Made by a program: the position numbers and the translations under genes. A stretch of DNA of 64,000 nucleotides from contig NW_024704742.1 in assembly GCF_018977255.1 (NCBI RefSeq), forward strand, positions 48,052,001 to 48,116,000, in the 5' to 3' direction. Positions 11,601 through 23,600 of the stretch are shown piece by piece (the first letter of the stretch is position 1; each line of letters opens with the position of its first letter). Under the pieces are notes generated by a model. That model made no database searches and had not been told where the DNA came from. It saw only the letters and a program-made list of their open reading frames with translations. The DNA comes from Callorhinchus milii (taxonomy: Eukaryota).

Positions 11601-14600
11601 ACCTCAAATTTCTTCTTTTTTCTGCAGGCATTGAAGTACAATTATAAAGTTGTATTCCGTGAGCCTAATACCTGGTGGAAGTTCAAACCACGGGAGCTTG
11701 AATGGTGAGGCATTGGATTTTTTTGGCAATAAACCACTTCAACCTATTACTGAAATAAGTGGATTGGGAAAAAAGATGAGGAGCAGTCATTTGATATTCA
11801 GAAACGTTTCCTTGTTTCCATAATGTTATCCTACTGCAATTTCCTGCACCCTTCACCTAGCTTTAGACGTAAATGGCAGCAGACACGTGCTAACTGACCT
11901 GACAATAGCTCTATTTCACCTTGGAGTATGTGCAGCATCCATGGCATAACAGTGGCATAAATAAGACCTTGTCGGATCCTGATTTCTCAATCATGTAGAA
12001 TTCTTTTAGCTCTAAAATAAGTGGCCAGGATTTGTCACTCATTTTCTGTGTTTGGTTTCACTTTCACTAGTACACAGGTTCAATTTTGGCAGGTCAGGGT
12101 CCCAAACCAGCAGGTCTGACTATGCACTTTTGTATTCTGTAAATTATTTTCTGATAAATTGCAATATGATTATAAGAGTTTATTTTTGTTTTGCAATATT
12201 ATTTGGCATTGGCGAGACAAACTTCCCAGGCTAACCTCCTAGAACTGCTTCAAGAATATATAAAAGTTTGGATTGTTTACACCACAACAGAAAAGATTCA
12301 GGGGAGCTCTTTATTGTAGCATTGAAGATGCTGAAATATTTGGGTAATCTGAATGCGAACAATATTTGCTTGGTATAGTCAACAATTTTGGAACAAGTTT
12401 ACCTACTCAAGCTCAAAAGGTTGAAGGCAAACTGACCTGTTTAATTGTTTTACACAGCAAGTGGTGAATATAGAATTACACAGATGAATATGTGGAGTAG
12501 TCTACTGCATCCCATTCCAACAATCTATCTCTGGGATTTCCATGTGTAAGTGGGATGCAAGGAATTCTCAGCTTGGTTTGGTTACTTTTAAGCATGGTGA
12601 TGTGTTTCCATGTGTATCATATCCCAGTCTGATCCAAAGAAACTGGGATGGTAGTTTGTGACAACAAATTCAAGACTTTTAGATGGCTATTTGGTTTAAG
12701 ATTTGAGTTGTATAAGTGAGAGAGAGGTGTAGGATTTGTTGTTAAACTTTGTAGCGAGCCAAATGGACTCTGGTATTTTTCTAATGCAGTACTTTCCTAA
12801 ATTCTGTTGCCCAGATACCATGGAGAAATCTGTTTGGTTAATGTCACCTTCAACCTTTGATAAATGTTACGATCTTGTATCTTGCATTGTAGTATCCATT
12901 CTGTGTTTAGTCCAGTGATACAGTATTTCCTCTTTCATGTTTATGCATGGATGTGATGCATTTTAAATTGAAATTGTAGGACACTTTAACAATTGGAGAT
13001 TCTTAGTTTGAAGCTTTGTTTCCCAACAGTATTATTTAATTGTTTTTTATTGTGTTAAGTTAACCAAGAGTTTTTTTGTGTTTTTAGGCGTAACACCCAT
13101 GGTGTGCCAAAAGAGAAAATTAAAGCAATGTTGGAGCGGTATGAACGCCACGTGACTGTTGGCTCTGTCATGAGGTCCTTGACACCTGCCCGAATTGAAA
13201 GAACAGAATATTCTCTCATACGGACTGAAGACTTTGGGTAAGTGACGGGGAGTGGCGGCAGGACAGCGCGGGGAGGAGCCTGGGCCTACCTACTCAGGTA
13301 TTTAAGCCACACCGACTGCCCCATTCCCCACCACACTCGCCAGCCACCCCGGACACAGACCCGGGGAGCCAACCTCTCATCCCCATTCCCCCCATCTCTG
13401 CCTCACAACCTGGACACCCCTCCCTCCCCACACACCCTTCTGTCAACCGCTCCCTCCACATCAGACTACAAAACGTCCGCTCCCTCTGTAACAAGGCCCT
13501 GGTCATCAACGATCTCATCCTTAATGAGAGCGTTGACATCATGGCCTTAACGGAAACCTGGCTCACCCCAGGCGACACCTTCCCCTTCACGGGGGCCACA
13601 CCACCCGACTACACCTCCCACCACATCCCCCGCCTCAACCGCCGTGGAGGTGGTGTAGCCCTTATCTCAAGGATATTATCCCCCTACTCCTCTGGCTCTT
13701 TCCCCTCTTTCGAGCACCTCACCCTCTCCCACCCCTCCTTCCTCTCACTCAAAATCCTCCTCCTCTACTGGCCCCCTAAAACCTCTCCCACCTTCATCTC
13801 CGATATTTCGACACTTCTTACATCTCTCTGCCTCTGCTCTGATCGCCTCATCATCCTGGGCGACTTCAACCTGCACTTCACCCCCTCCTGCTCCATCTCC
13901 TCGGACTTCTCTTCCCTGCTCTCCTCGCTCAACCTCTCCCTCCATATCAACTCCCCCACTCATAGTCACAGCCACCCACTCGACTTGGTAATCACCCGGG
14001 GCCTCAGTGTCTTGGATGTCACTATCACCGACAAAGCCGTCTCCAATCACCACTTCATCTCCTTCACCACCTCCACCCCCCTCCCCACCTCCACCAGACC
14101 CACCACCATCTTCTACCGCCCCTGGAAGAAGTTACCCCCACAATCCCTAACCGTTGCCTTGGAGTCCTCTGAACTCCTCTCCCTCTGGCCTTCAACCCTC
14201 ACTGACCCCTCTTCTCCTCTCACCCTCCTCCACAACATCCTCTCCTCCACACTCGACACTCTTGTCCCCATCACCTCCCGTACTGTCCTACTCTCGCTCC
14301 TCCCCCTGGTTCACCACCCACCTCCGCTCACTGAAGAGCCAGGTGTGGGCCGCTGAACGCACCTGCTTCAAATCTGGCCTAACGGTCCACCGACAAATCT
14401 GGCTGCACCTCCTCAAAATCTACCGCTCCACTCTAACCTCGGCCAAATCGTCCTTCTACTCCAGGATAATCCTGGAGGCGAAGGACAACCCCAGGCTTCT
14501 ATTTTCTACCACATCCCGACTCCTCCGTCCCCCCCGCCACCCCGCGCAGGTCATCTCTTCCAACCTTCACTGCGAGGAGATGCTGGATTTCCTTGAATCC

Positions 14601-17600
14601 AAAATCAAGGGAATCCGCTCCTCGGTCACTTCCCCTCCAACATCCCTGAAACCCACCACCTGCTCCCTTGACCCCATCCCCACTCCACTCCTTATCTCCC
14701 AGCTCCACTTCCTTGCCCCACATATCACAGACATCGTCAACCTGTCCCTCTCCTCTGGCTCTGTTCCCATTCCCTTAAAAACTGCCATCATCACGCCCAC
14801 CCTGAAAAAACCCTCACTTGATGCGTCGCAGCTATCAAGCTACCGGCCCTTCTCCAACCTCCCCTTCCTGTCCAAGGTCCTTGAACGAGTTGTCACCTCC
14901 CAGCTGCGCTCTTTCCTCTCCACCCATTCATTATTTGAACCCCTTCAGTCGGGTTTCCGTGCTGCCCATAGCACAGAAACCGCCCTGGTCAAGGTCACCA
15001 ATGACATCCTGACCATCTGTGACCAGGGCTCCCTCTGCCTCCTCGTCCTCCTCGACCTATAGGCAGCATTCGATACGGTCGACCACGCTATCCTACTCCA
15101 CCGCTTGTCCTCCCACCTCAACCTTCAAGGCCCTGTCCTTGAGTGGTTTAGGTCGTACCTCTCCCACCGTCTTCATTTTGTTTCCACAAATGGCTTTTCC
15201 TCCGGCCCCCGCACTGTCTCGTGTGGTGTCCCTCAGTGCTCAGTCCTCGGTCCCCTCCTCTTCACCCTCTATATGCTCCCCCTCGGTGACATCATCCGCA
15301 GACATGGGGTTAACTTCCACATGTATGCGGATGACACCCAACTCTACCTTTCCTCCTCTACCCTCAACTCCACGACCACCGATGTCCTGACAGCTGCCTG
15401 TCCGACATCGAGTCCTGGACGAGAGACAACTTTCTTCAGCTCAACGTGCGCAAAACTGAGGCCCTCCTGATTGGCTCACGTCAGCGCCTCCGCACCTCAG
15501 GCGCTGACAGCATCAGCATCCAAGGCTGCACTCTCCACCTCTCAAAGCCAGTCAGGAACCTCGGGGTTCTGTTCGACCCTGAGCTGTCCTTTCTCCCTCA
15601 TATCCGCACCACAACTGGCACCGCCTTCCATCACCTCCGGAACATCGCCAGACTACGGCACTACCTCACCCCTCACGCTGCTGAAACTCTGGTCCACGCC
15701 TTTATCACCTCAAGGCTGGACTATGGGAACTCTCTCCTCGCCGGCCTTCCCGGCACCTCCCTCCACAAGCTGCAGGTCATTCAGAACTCTGCAGCTCGTG
15801 TACTGTCCCGCACCAGGCTTCGGGACCACATCACTCCCACCCTCGCTCGCCTCCACTGGCTCCCCATCCCCCAGAGGATCGAATTCAAGATCCTCATCCT
15901 CACCTACAAGGCCATTCACGGCCTTGCTCCCTCCTACCTCTCCGACCTACTATCCCCCTACCTACCTGCCCGTACCCTCCGTTCCTCTGGCTCCGGTCTG
16001 CTCCACATCCCCCGCCCCAACTGCCCTACCATCGGTGGCCGGGCCTTCAGCCTCTCAGCCCCGAGGCTCTGGAACTCTATCCCCCAGTGCCTTCGCCGCC
16101 TCCTCCCTTTCCTCCTTCAAGGCCGGTCTCAAGACCTTTCTCTGTGACCGTGCCTTCAGCTCCCCTCTCGACTCTCTACCCCTTCCTCGCTCCCTCCCTT
16201 CCCTCCCCTCACCCTGACCATTTCCCCCCAAGGCTCGGGTCCTGACCCAACTGTACAGCCCCTTGGGACGTCCTCCCGACGTGAAAGGCGCTCTATAAAT
16301 GGAATCTTGTTGTTGTTGTTGAGTGAACATAAACCATGTACTGAAAAGATAACCTGCAACTTTCAAAAGTCTTATCACTCAATTTTTTTTCTGGTTCATG
16401 GTGCAAGTCTAGCAAATGTTCAGTTCATAGTTCAGTTTAAATATGTAGCCAAAATATTACTTTTTAAATATGTAAGAATTTTTCCAATACACTGATCTTG
16501 AGGTTACATTTATGTACTTGTCTATTTGCAGGGTAACAAATACAGAGGTGCAGCCTTCGGCTATAGCACTAAGAGGAGCAGCTTGCCAAGATCTCAAACG
16601 TTCATCATACACTCCTGTGTCTCCTTTAACTTGTATGGAAGATGGAAAAACAGTAGAGACTGAAGTGATGTCCTCTGATAATAACTTGGTGAAAGACATG
16701 TGGCAACTGGCAGATTACACTAGTGAAAGTGGAAATCATAAGATTGGGAATGATTGTGACGATAACCATGGTCTTTCAGAGTTTATAAATGGAGAACGGT
16801 TACAAAAATTTAATCAGACTGTACGGTCAGCAGTTAGTGATAGTTCAGACATTTGCTCAAATGTAGAAATGGAAGCAGGAACGGATGAGAGAAATATTGA
16901 ATCTGAGTTTAATGCAACAGAAAATACAGATGGTTTGAATGGTCATGGAGACATAACTGATTCTGATATAACAACTACATTTAGTACTATTGGTCAGAGA
17001 ATTAGAAGGAGGAGTCGACAAAGTTCTTGTGATACAGAAGGGGTTCTAGAAATGCCCCCAGTGTGTGGAGAAGATGTTTCAATTGTAAAAAAGGCACAGA
17101 TTGTGAACAAGTCTATTGAGAGGACTGAATCAGAACTCGGGAACTTTGTTGGAGACTGGCCAGCAGTAACTATCCCAAAACCTCAAGACCAGCGAGAAAG
17201 AAAAACTAGGAAAACCGAATGCACAAATCATGAGATTGGAGGTCAAACTAATAACGAGGAGCTAATCAACATAAGCAATTCAATAAAAGAAGCATTGAAC
17301 AGTTCAAATGAACATGAAAATAGAGAAAGATGTTGTGTTTTGTCAGGTACAATTGACTATGATGAATCTGTAGACAAACTCGCCTCTAATAGCAATGATT
17401 CTGAAATATATTCAAATGAGGAAGCCTCTGATTCAGAAACAAAATTTGAGAATTGTGAGGAACCGAAATGTGCAACTGCTTTAGAACAAATTTCAGAGAA
17501 GTTACTTGAAACCCACACAAATACAAAGTCTCGTCAAGGAAGGAGAATGGGGAAAGTTTGCAAACTAGCACTGACGTTCAGTGGCACGAGCCCTGTCCCT

Positions 17601-20600
17601 GCTGAGTTGCCAGAGCAGGCCTCCATGATCTCTGATCAAATTCAGAATGGGACTATACCATCAGAGAATTCAAGGCACTGCAACGGAACACAAACAGCAC
17701 CGGAGGACTTTGTGACGTTGTGGCGCATTGAGACGCAAAAAGCTGCTTTGGTTCCATTTAAAGTATTGACTGGAACTGTAGATGGATTTAAATCAACCTA
17801 TTTGAATGCAATAGAAAAATGTGTAAATCCTAACCAAACAGTGCCATATAGAGTCATGTATGACAAAAGTACACATGTGGATGAAAGCGTCTTTGTTAAT
17901 AAAGAGGCGAATCTGCAGATACTCCGTGATTGTTTCAAATCTGTCCCCTTCGAGGATCTGACTGATTTGTATGAAAAGTGCAACAATGATGTGGAATGGA
18001 CTACCAATTTATTGCTTGATTCTGGCATGAAACTCTCAAGAGAAGATTTATTGAAGCAGGAGTCAGCACCACCCCAAGAATTGAACCAAGTATCACAAAC
18101 AAAGAATGCAAAATCAGATGAGCAGCCACCAAATGAAGAATCTACAGCTGTAGAAAATATGTTGCCTAGTGCTAGTAAGAAGGCAACTGATGCAAATTTA
18201 GAAATGTCCGAAACTAATGAAGAGGAAATTAGCAGTGCTAATAATTTGCCTGACCATGCTGAGGATTTTGAAGACTTAAACCCCTCACCTAACATTGAAA
18301 CAGAATCTGAAGTTGTAACTGAACTTGTCGATTCTCGTGTAGTAGATGTACGCAATCCAACATCTGATATAAATTGCAGTCAGTTACCTAATCCCAGCAA
18401 TGAATGCACTCTAAGACCAGAACTCAATGAAGTGTTGCTCAGAAAGGAATCAGGAAACACAGAATGTATAGATGACAAAGCGTCAGACACTTCAAGTATA
18501 AAACTGACAAAAGAAGCGGATGTTGGTTTCCCTGAATGTGCAGAAATAAAAGAGATGAACTCTGAAAATATGAACGCCTCACAATCAAATCCAGAGGGCT
18601 GTTTGAATACTCAAAATGTACTGAGTACTGAAAGTCAGTTCAGCTCTGATACAGTGGAAAAAGAAAATGGGAATGAAGAGAAAGAGATTGGACAAGAAGA
18701 TGAAAGTGAAAAGCTGAATGGTTTAGGAATGTATGCTGATTCACTGGTCATTAAATCCTTGGAATTGTGTTTACCACCTGAACTGGCCATTCAGCTCAAT
18801 GAGCTATTTGGTTCAGTAGGCCTTGATCCAGGTAAGCAAGATGTATAGCTGTTCACTGTACAGTTGTCCTAACCATATATGTATTATTTGGAATTTTTAC
18901 ATTGTACCTGGGTAGAAAAATTTTAATGTCCCAATGGGTGTAGAATTTAGTTAACTGTGCAGTCCCTTTTAATGGATCTGAATAAAATATTTGTATGCAG
19001 TGGGGTTGAAAATACGGTATTTTAAGCACTTGGGACGTCCTCCTGATCTGAAACACACTATTTCTGTTTCTGATTAGTGTTTTTTTCCTCTCATAATAAT
19101 AATCCTTGCATTTGATATAGTGCTTTTCACGTCGGGAGGACGTCTCATCTGTGTAACATTGATTTTTTTTCAGATGCTATGACTTTAGATGATTGTGTCG
19201 TCCAGATTGATCTGAGCTTAGCAAAAATGATTCACGAGAAGTGGAAAGAGTCTATATTGGTGAGTACAATTTATAGTTTGCAGTATTATTTGTTTTACTT
19301 CTGGATCCCAGAGCTTGAAAGCCCTTGAAAAGGTCATGGGTTGAAGCCCATGTTGGGTCTCAGACAAGGTTTATCCCCAGACCAATACTGAGGTGTACTG
19401 TATGGTTGGAGGTGCCGCCCTTTGGGTGAGATGTTAAACTAACCCTGTTCAGGTAGACGTAAATGGCACGATTTGAAAAGAGAAGGGAAACCCTCAAAAA
19501 ATACTGGTCATTCACTTTATGATTGTTACTGAGACATTGCAATGTGCAAATTGGCTGCTCTGTTTGCCTACAAAATGTACACGTTTTACAGTATATCCTG
19601 TGAAGTGCTTTCAAAGATCCTCTTGACTTGAAAGTTGCTATGACCAATGTCAATATTATTGAATACAGTTCTGATAGGATTGAGCCCTTTTTATTAGTTG
19701 CCTCAGTAAAATAGTTTGTATGTTATCAGTAAAATTTCTAATCTGGGAGTACTCTGAATACAACTGCTTTCAGATTTGATAAATTAGGTAAGCAGGATGT
19801 GTCCCTTCAGGGAGAGTGTGATTTCCATTCCAATGAACATCTCTGGTATTACCATGTGCAGGTGGGATACATGGAACTCTGTTTGACTTAGATATTTTTA
19901 AGCAAGGTAATGGGTTTATGCATATATTAAACATGCTCACCAAAAAAAAAGTTGGCTCCAATTTGCCAGTACCACTCAGAGTAAGAGTAGACAATTGTAT
20001 GGTAGATAATTTTAAGAAATGCCTCTTTGCGCGTCCATACACTGTTACTGACTAAATGTGCAGGCTGTGAGTTTGAACCCTACATCAGAACTTGAGTTCA
20101 TAATCTAGGTTGGCATCCAGTGTGGTACTGCTGGATTGTTGGAAGGGCCATCCTTTAGATGAGATTTTGTATTTGTCTCTTCTAGGGGGTCGGGTGCGCA
20201 TCTCACAGTGAGGTGGGGGTGAGCTCTAGGACAGGCTGCACAGTGAGGTGGGGGTGAGCTCTAGGACAGGCTGCACAGTGAGGTGGGGGCGAGCTCTAGG
20301 ACAGGCTGCACAGTGAGGTGGGGGCGAGCTCTAGGACAGTGGGCAGGTGGGAGTCTACACGTGGGCCCGTGGAAATGTTTTAAAAAATCTGTTTTGGGTC
20401 TGGTCTGGCTAGGTATGAATTCCAGATACTTGGAGTCTGGTAAGCTGAAGTTTTACTATAACTAATTTTAAGAAATGCTTTGTCACATATATGTAGCTGT
20501 TATTCTTCTTTATCCTTCGGTGGGGGTGGGGGGTGGAGGTAACCAGGATCTCTTTGGAGCTGAACTGGCTCCAAGGTAACAAGCTTGGCACCGGAGTGTC

Positions 20601-23600
20601 AGAATCGAGCCAGCCATCTGTGGTGGCCTTGGTAGTCCTGACGGGTCTGCAGTATTCCAGGGCAGTGCTGATGACAGCCTAGCTCATTGGCAGGACCTGG
20701 ATGAGCAAGAGAAGCAGTCACTCGGGGCAGGAAGGCATCCCACTCAGCTCCTGTTAACCATGCTAGCCAAAGCCCTAACGGGTAGGTTGATTCTGGCTGG
20801 ACGAGAAAGCTCAGCGGGAAAGCTTGCCAGATAGTGATAATAATGGCAAACTGCGGTTTTAACTGGTTAGACTCCATTTGAACCCCAACATACAGGCTGG
20901 GGTCCCCAAGCCTTGGCGCTTGCCAACCTGTGCCTAATGGTTTCCGGAATTAGGTAAGCAGGATGTGTCCCTCCAATGAGAGAGTGTGAATTCCATTCCA
21001 ACAATCTATCTCTGGGATTTACATATGTAGGGGAATGCATGGAAATCTCAGGTTGATTTGGATACTTAAGCATGGTGCATGTCAGACACTTGGTAAACAA
21101 AAACGTAACTTACTAACTGAAGGTTAATTTCCACCTTAAACTTAAATCATTTTATCTTGCTTGACTGATGTGCATTTCTTTTTTTTCCAGGAACGGCAAA
21201 GACAAGAAGCTCTGTCATATCAGCTCCTTTTGGAAGGTAGTAGATATTTCTATATATACATTGCTGAACAGCCCCTGAAAATTACATATTTATAACTTAC
21301 GAAAATGATGAAATCAAATAAGCAGAATGGAGAATAAAATCAAATGAATCATATTTACACTATTTCCTATTCAGCTTTCTTCCTGAAAATGTACTTGATC
21401 ATGTTCTTCTCTCATACACTTGGTAGTTTGGTTCCATAAAATCCCAGCTAGTGTTGTAACTGGGCACGATCACCAGTGAGCGTTACTGTATTCATTGTGC
21501 ATTCATGATCAAAGCTGCCTGGACTTCTGTGCCCCCCAAAAAGGTGGGCTTCGGGGTCATCGCATCAAGCTGTGCTCACCGGAAGTGATGTGAGTGACCT
21601 AAAGACCCCATAGTTACTTCTTTTGTTAGCTGGCGTTGTCTTGAAGCAAATTTTTAAAAATTTTTAGATCTGCAATGCAAAGACAAAACTTTTAGAGCCG
21701 TCGCCTACTGTTCACTCTATTCGTTAATAGCTATAATGAGAATGGGTCCCCAAGATAAGGAATCCCAAGTTATAACAAAGCACGTTTTAATGGTGGTGAG
21801 GTCCTGCATGAGGGGCGCTATATAAATTCAAGTAGTTGTTCTACTAAATGTTTTGGTTTATATTGATATTCTTGTCCTCTCCTCTGATCTCAGATAGAAT
21901 TCACATGTCTCCTCTGTTATGAAAGCTGCCTCCTTAATTTCCCTTTTTCGCACTCACAACATTTCAACTATGCGAAACTCAAGTCCATTGAGAATTGAAT
22001 GCTGCTCACATATATTGACAATGCTCTTGTAACATTTCTCCTTTCTAGTCACGGGCTCTTTTGCCCTCTGTCTTAGTTGCAACCTTTTTTTGTTCTGTAT
22101 TTTAGGAATAATTTGTTTATTGCTCCTCTGATCTTGACTAATTTCTTCTTCTCCTTTCCCATTTCCCCCACTTTGTCCATCTCATGTTGAAATTGATTTG
22201 CACTGTATCCTATTTAACCTCATTGTTTTCCAGAACCTGAAGATTATTGAACTTCATCAGTCTTTTCTCCTTCTTGTAATGGTTTTTATAACGAACTTCA
22301 CATCACCTAATTACTATCTCTTGATTTATCTGCTCTTCGACCTTAGTGCTGTACTGCTGCTAAATTCCTGTGGTGGTTCTGTTGGGAATAGCTCAGTCGC
22401 AACACCAAGGGACCATAGTTATGTTACATTCATTTGTAAGCTGTTTTGAAATATATTTATAAATTTGAGAAAGCATTGCCTTATATTTATCTGCATTAAA
22501 ATCCATTGTTATTCCTTACTTAATTGGTCCAGAATTTCTTCAATGCATCACCTGTCTCCGCCAATATCTCACTCCAAAAGCCGCCGAAACCCTGGTCCAT
22601 GCCTTTGTCACCTCTCGGCTGGACTATTCAAATGCCCTCCTGACCGGTCTCCCCTCCACTACCATTCATAAAATCCAGGTCATCTAGAATTCTGCTGCCC
22701 TCATTCTTACCTGTACCAAACTCCACTCCCCGATTACCCCAGTCCTTGCCAGACTGCACTGGCTGCCTGTCCCAGAGAGGATCGATTTCAAGATCCTCAC
22801 TCTTGTTTTCAAATCCCTCCACTCCTCTGCACCCCCCTAATTCTCTGACCTCCTCTCTCCTCACAACAGTGCCGATTGCCTTCGCTCCACCAGGTCTGGT
22901 CTCCTCCTCGTCCCCCGAATACTCCGCTCCACCATCGGCGGCCGTGCCTTCAGCCACTACCCTTGGAAGCTCTGGAACTCACTTCCTCGCTCCCTTTGCC
23001 TCGCCCCCTCTCTTCCTACTTTCAGGTCTCGGCTAAAGATCTCTTTTCGACCGCGCCTTTGGTCACCTTCTTCCCCCTCCCCCCGGCTCGGCCCCAGGAT
23101 CCGTTATTATGAAGCGCTCTGAGATGCCGTCCGGCATGGAGGGCGCTATATAAATCCATGTTGTTGTATTTTCCTTGTATTGATCATATATGCTGATATC
23201 GTATCGTAAGCAAGTGTAACAAGATGTATTCTCTTCCAAGTCATTAATGAATAGTATGAGCTGTAGGAGATGCTTCTGCAGTTTATCATTGCCTAGTATT
23301 GGGGTAAGATGGTGGGACAGGATTCCCTTGAGGATATTGCTGTATTGTAAAGGGTACCAAGGTGGAGTAAGGGCTGAGGCGCAATTTACCTTCTGCTACC
23401 ACAGCAACTAATCCCTGCAGTGAGAGCACTGACTGACTAAGTTGATTTGGAGATCCTTCATAAAACGTTGTGTGTTTTTAATATCACAAAGGCTGGCATC
23501 AATAGAGCACATCAGTACTGTTGTTATGCTGTTACCCTTAGCCTACCCCCATGAAAGAAGGACTAGCTCTTGGAAGGCTGCGAACAAGACCTGCCTGAAA

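Noticed and set aside
13541..16217. Active or domesticated reverse transcriptase gene
   Set aside because: ORF2 has frameshifts and a stop at 15060; no ORF1 seen
17798..18355. 185-aa antisense ORF
   Set aside because: Shadow of N4BP2 exon 7 with no independent features
20204..20340. 35-bp repeats as a CRISPR array
   Set aside because: No spacers; ordinary minisatellite
20665..20720. CTGATGA as a hammerhead core in the unclassified repeat
   Set aside because: No stem II plus GAAA, and the inverted copy reads CTGCTGA
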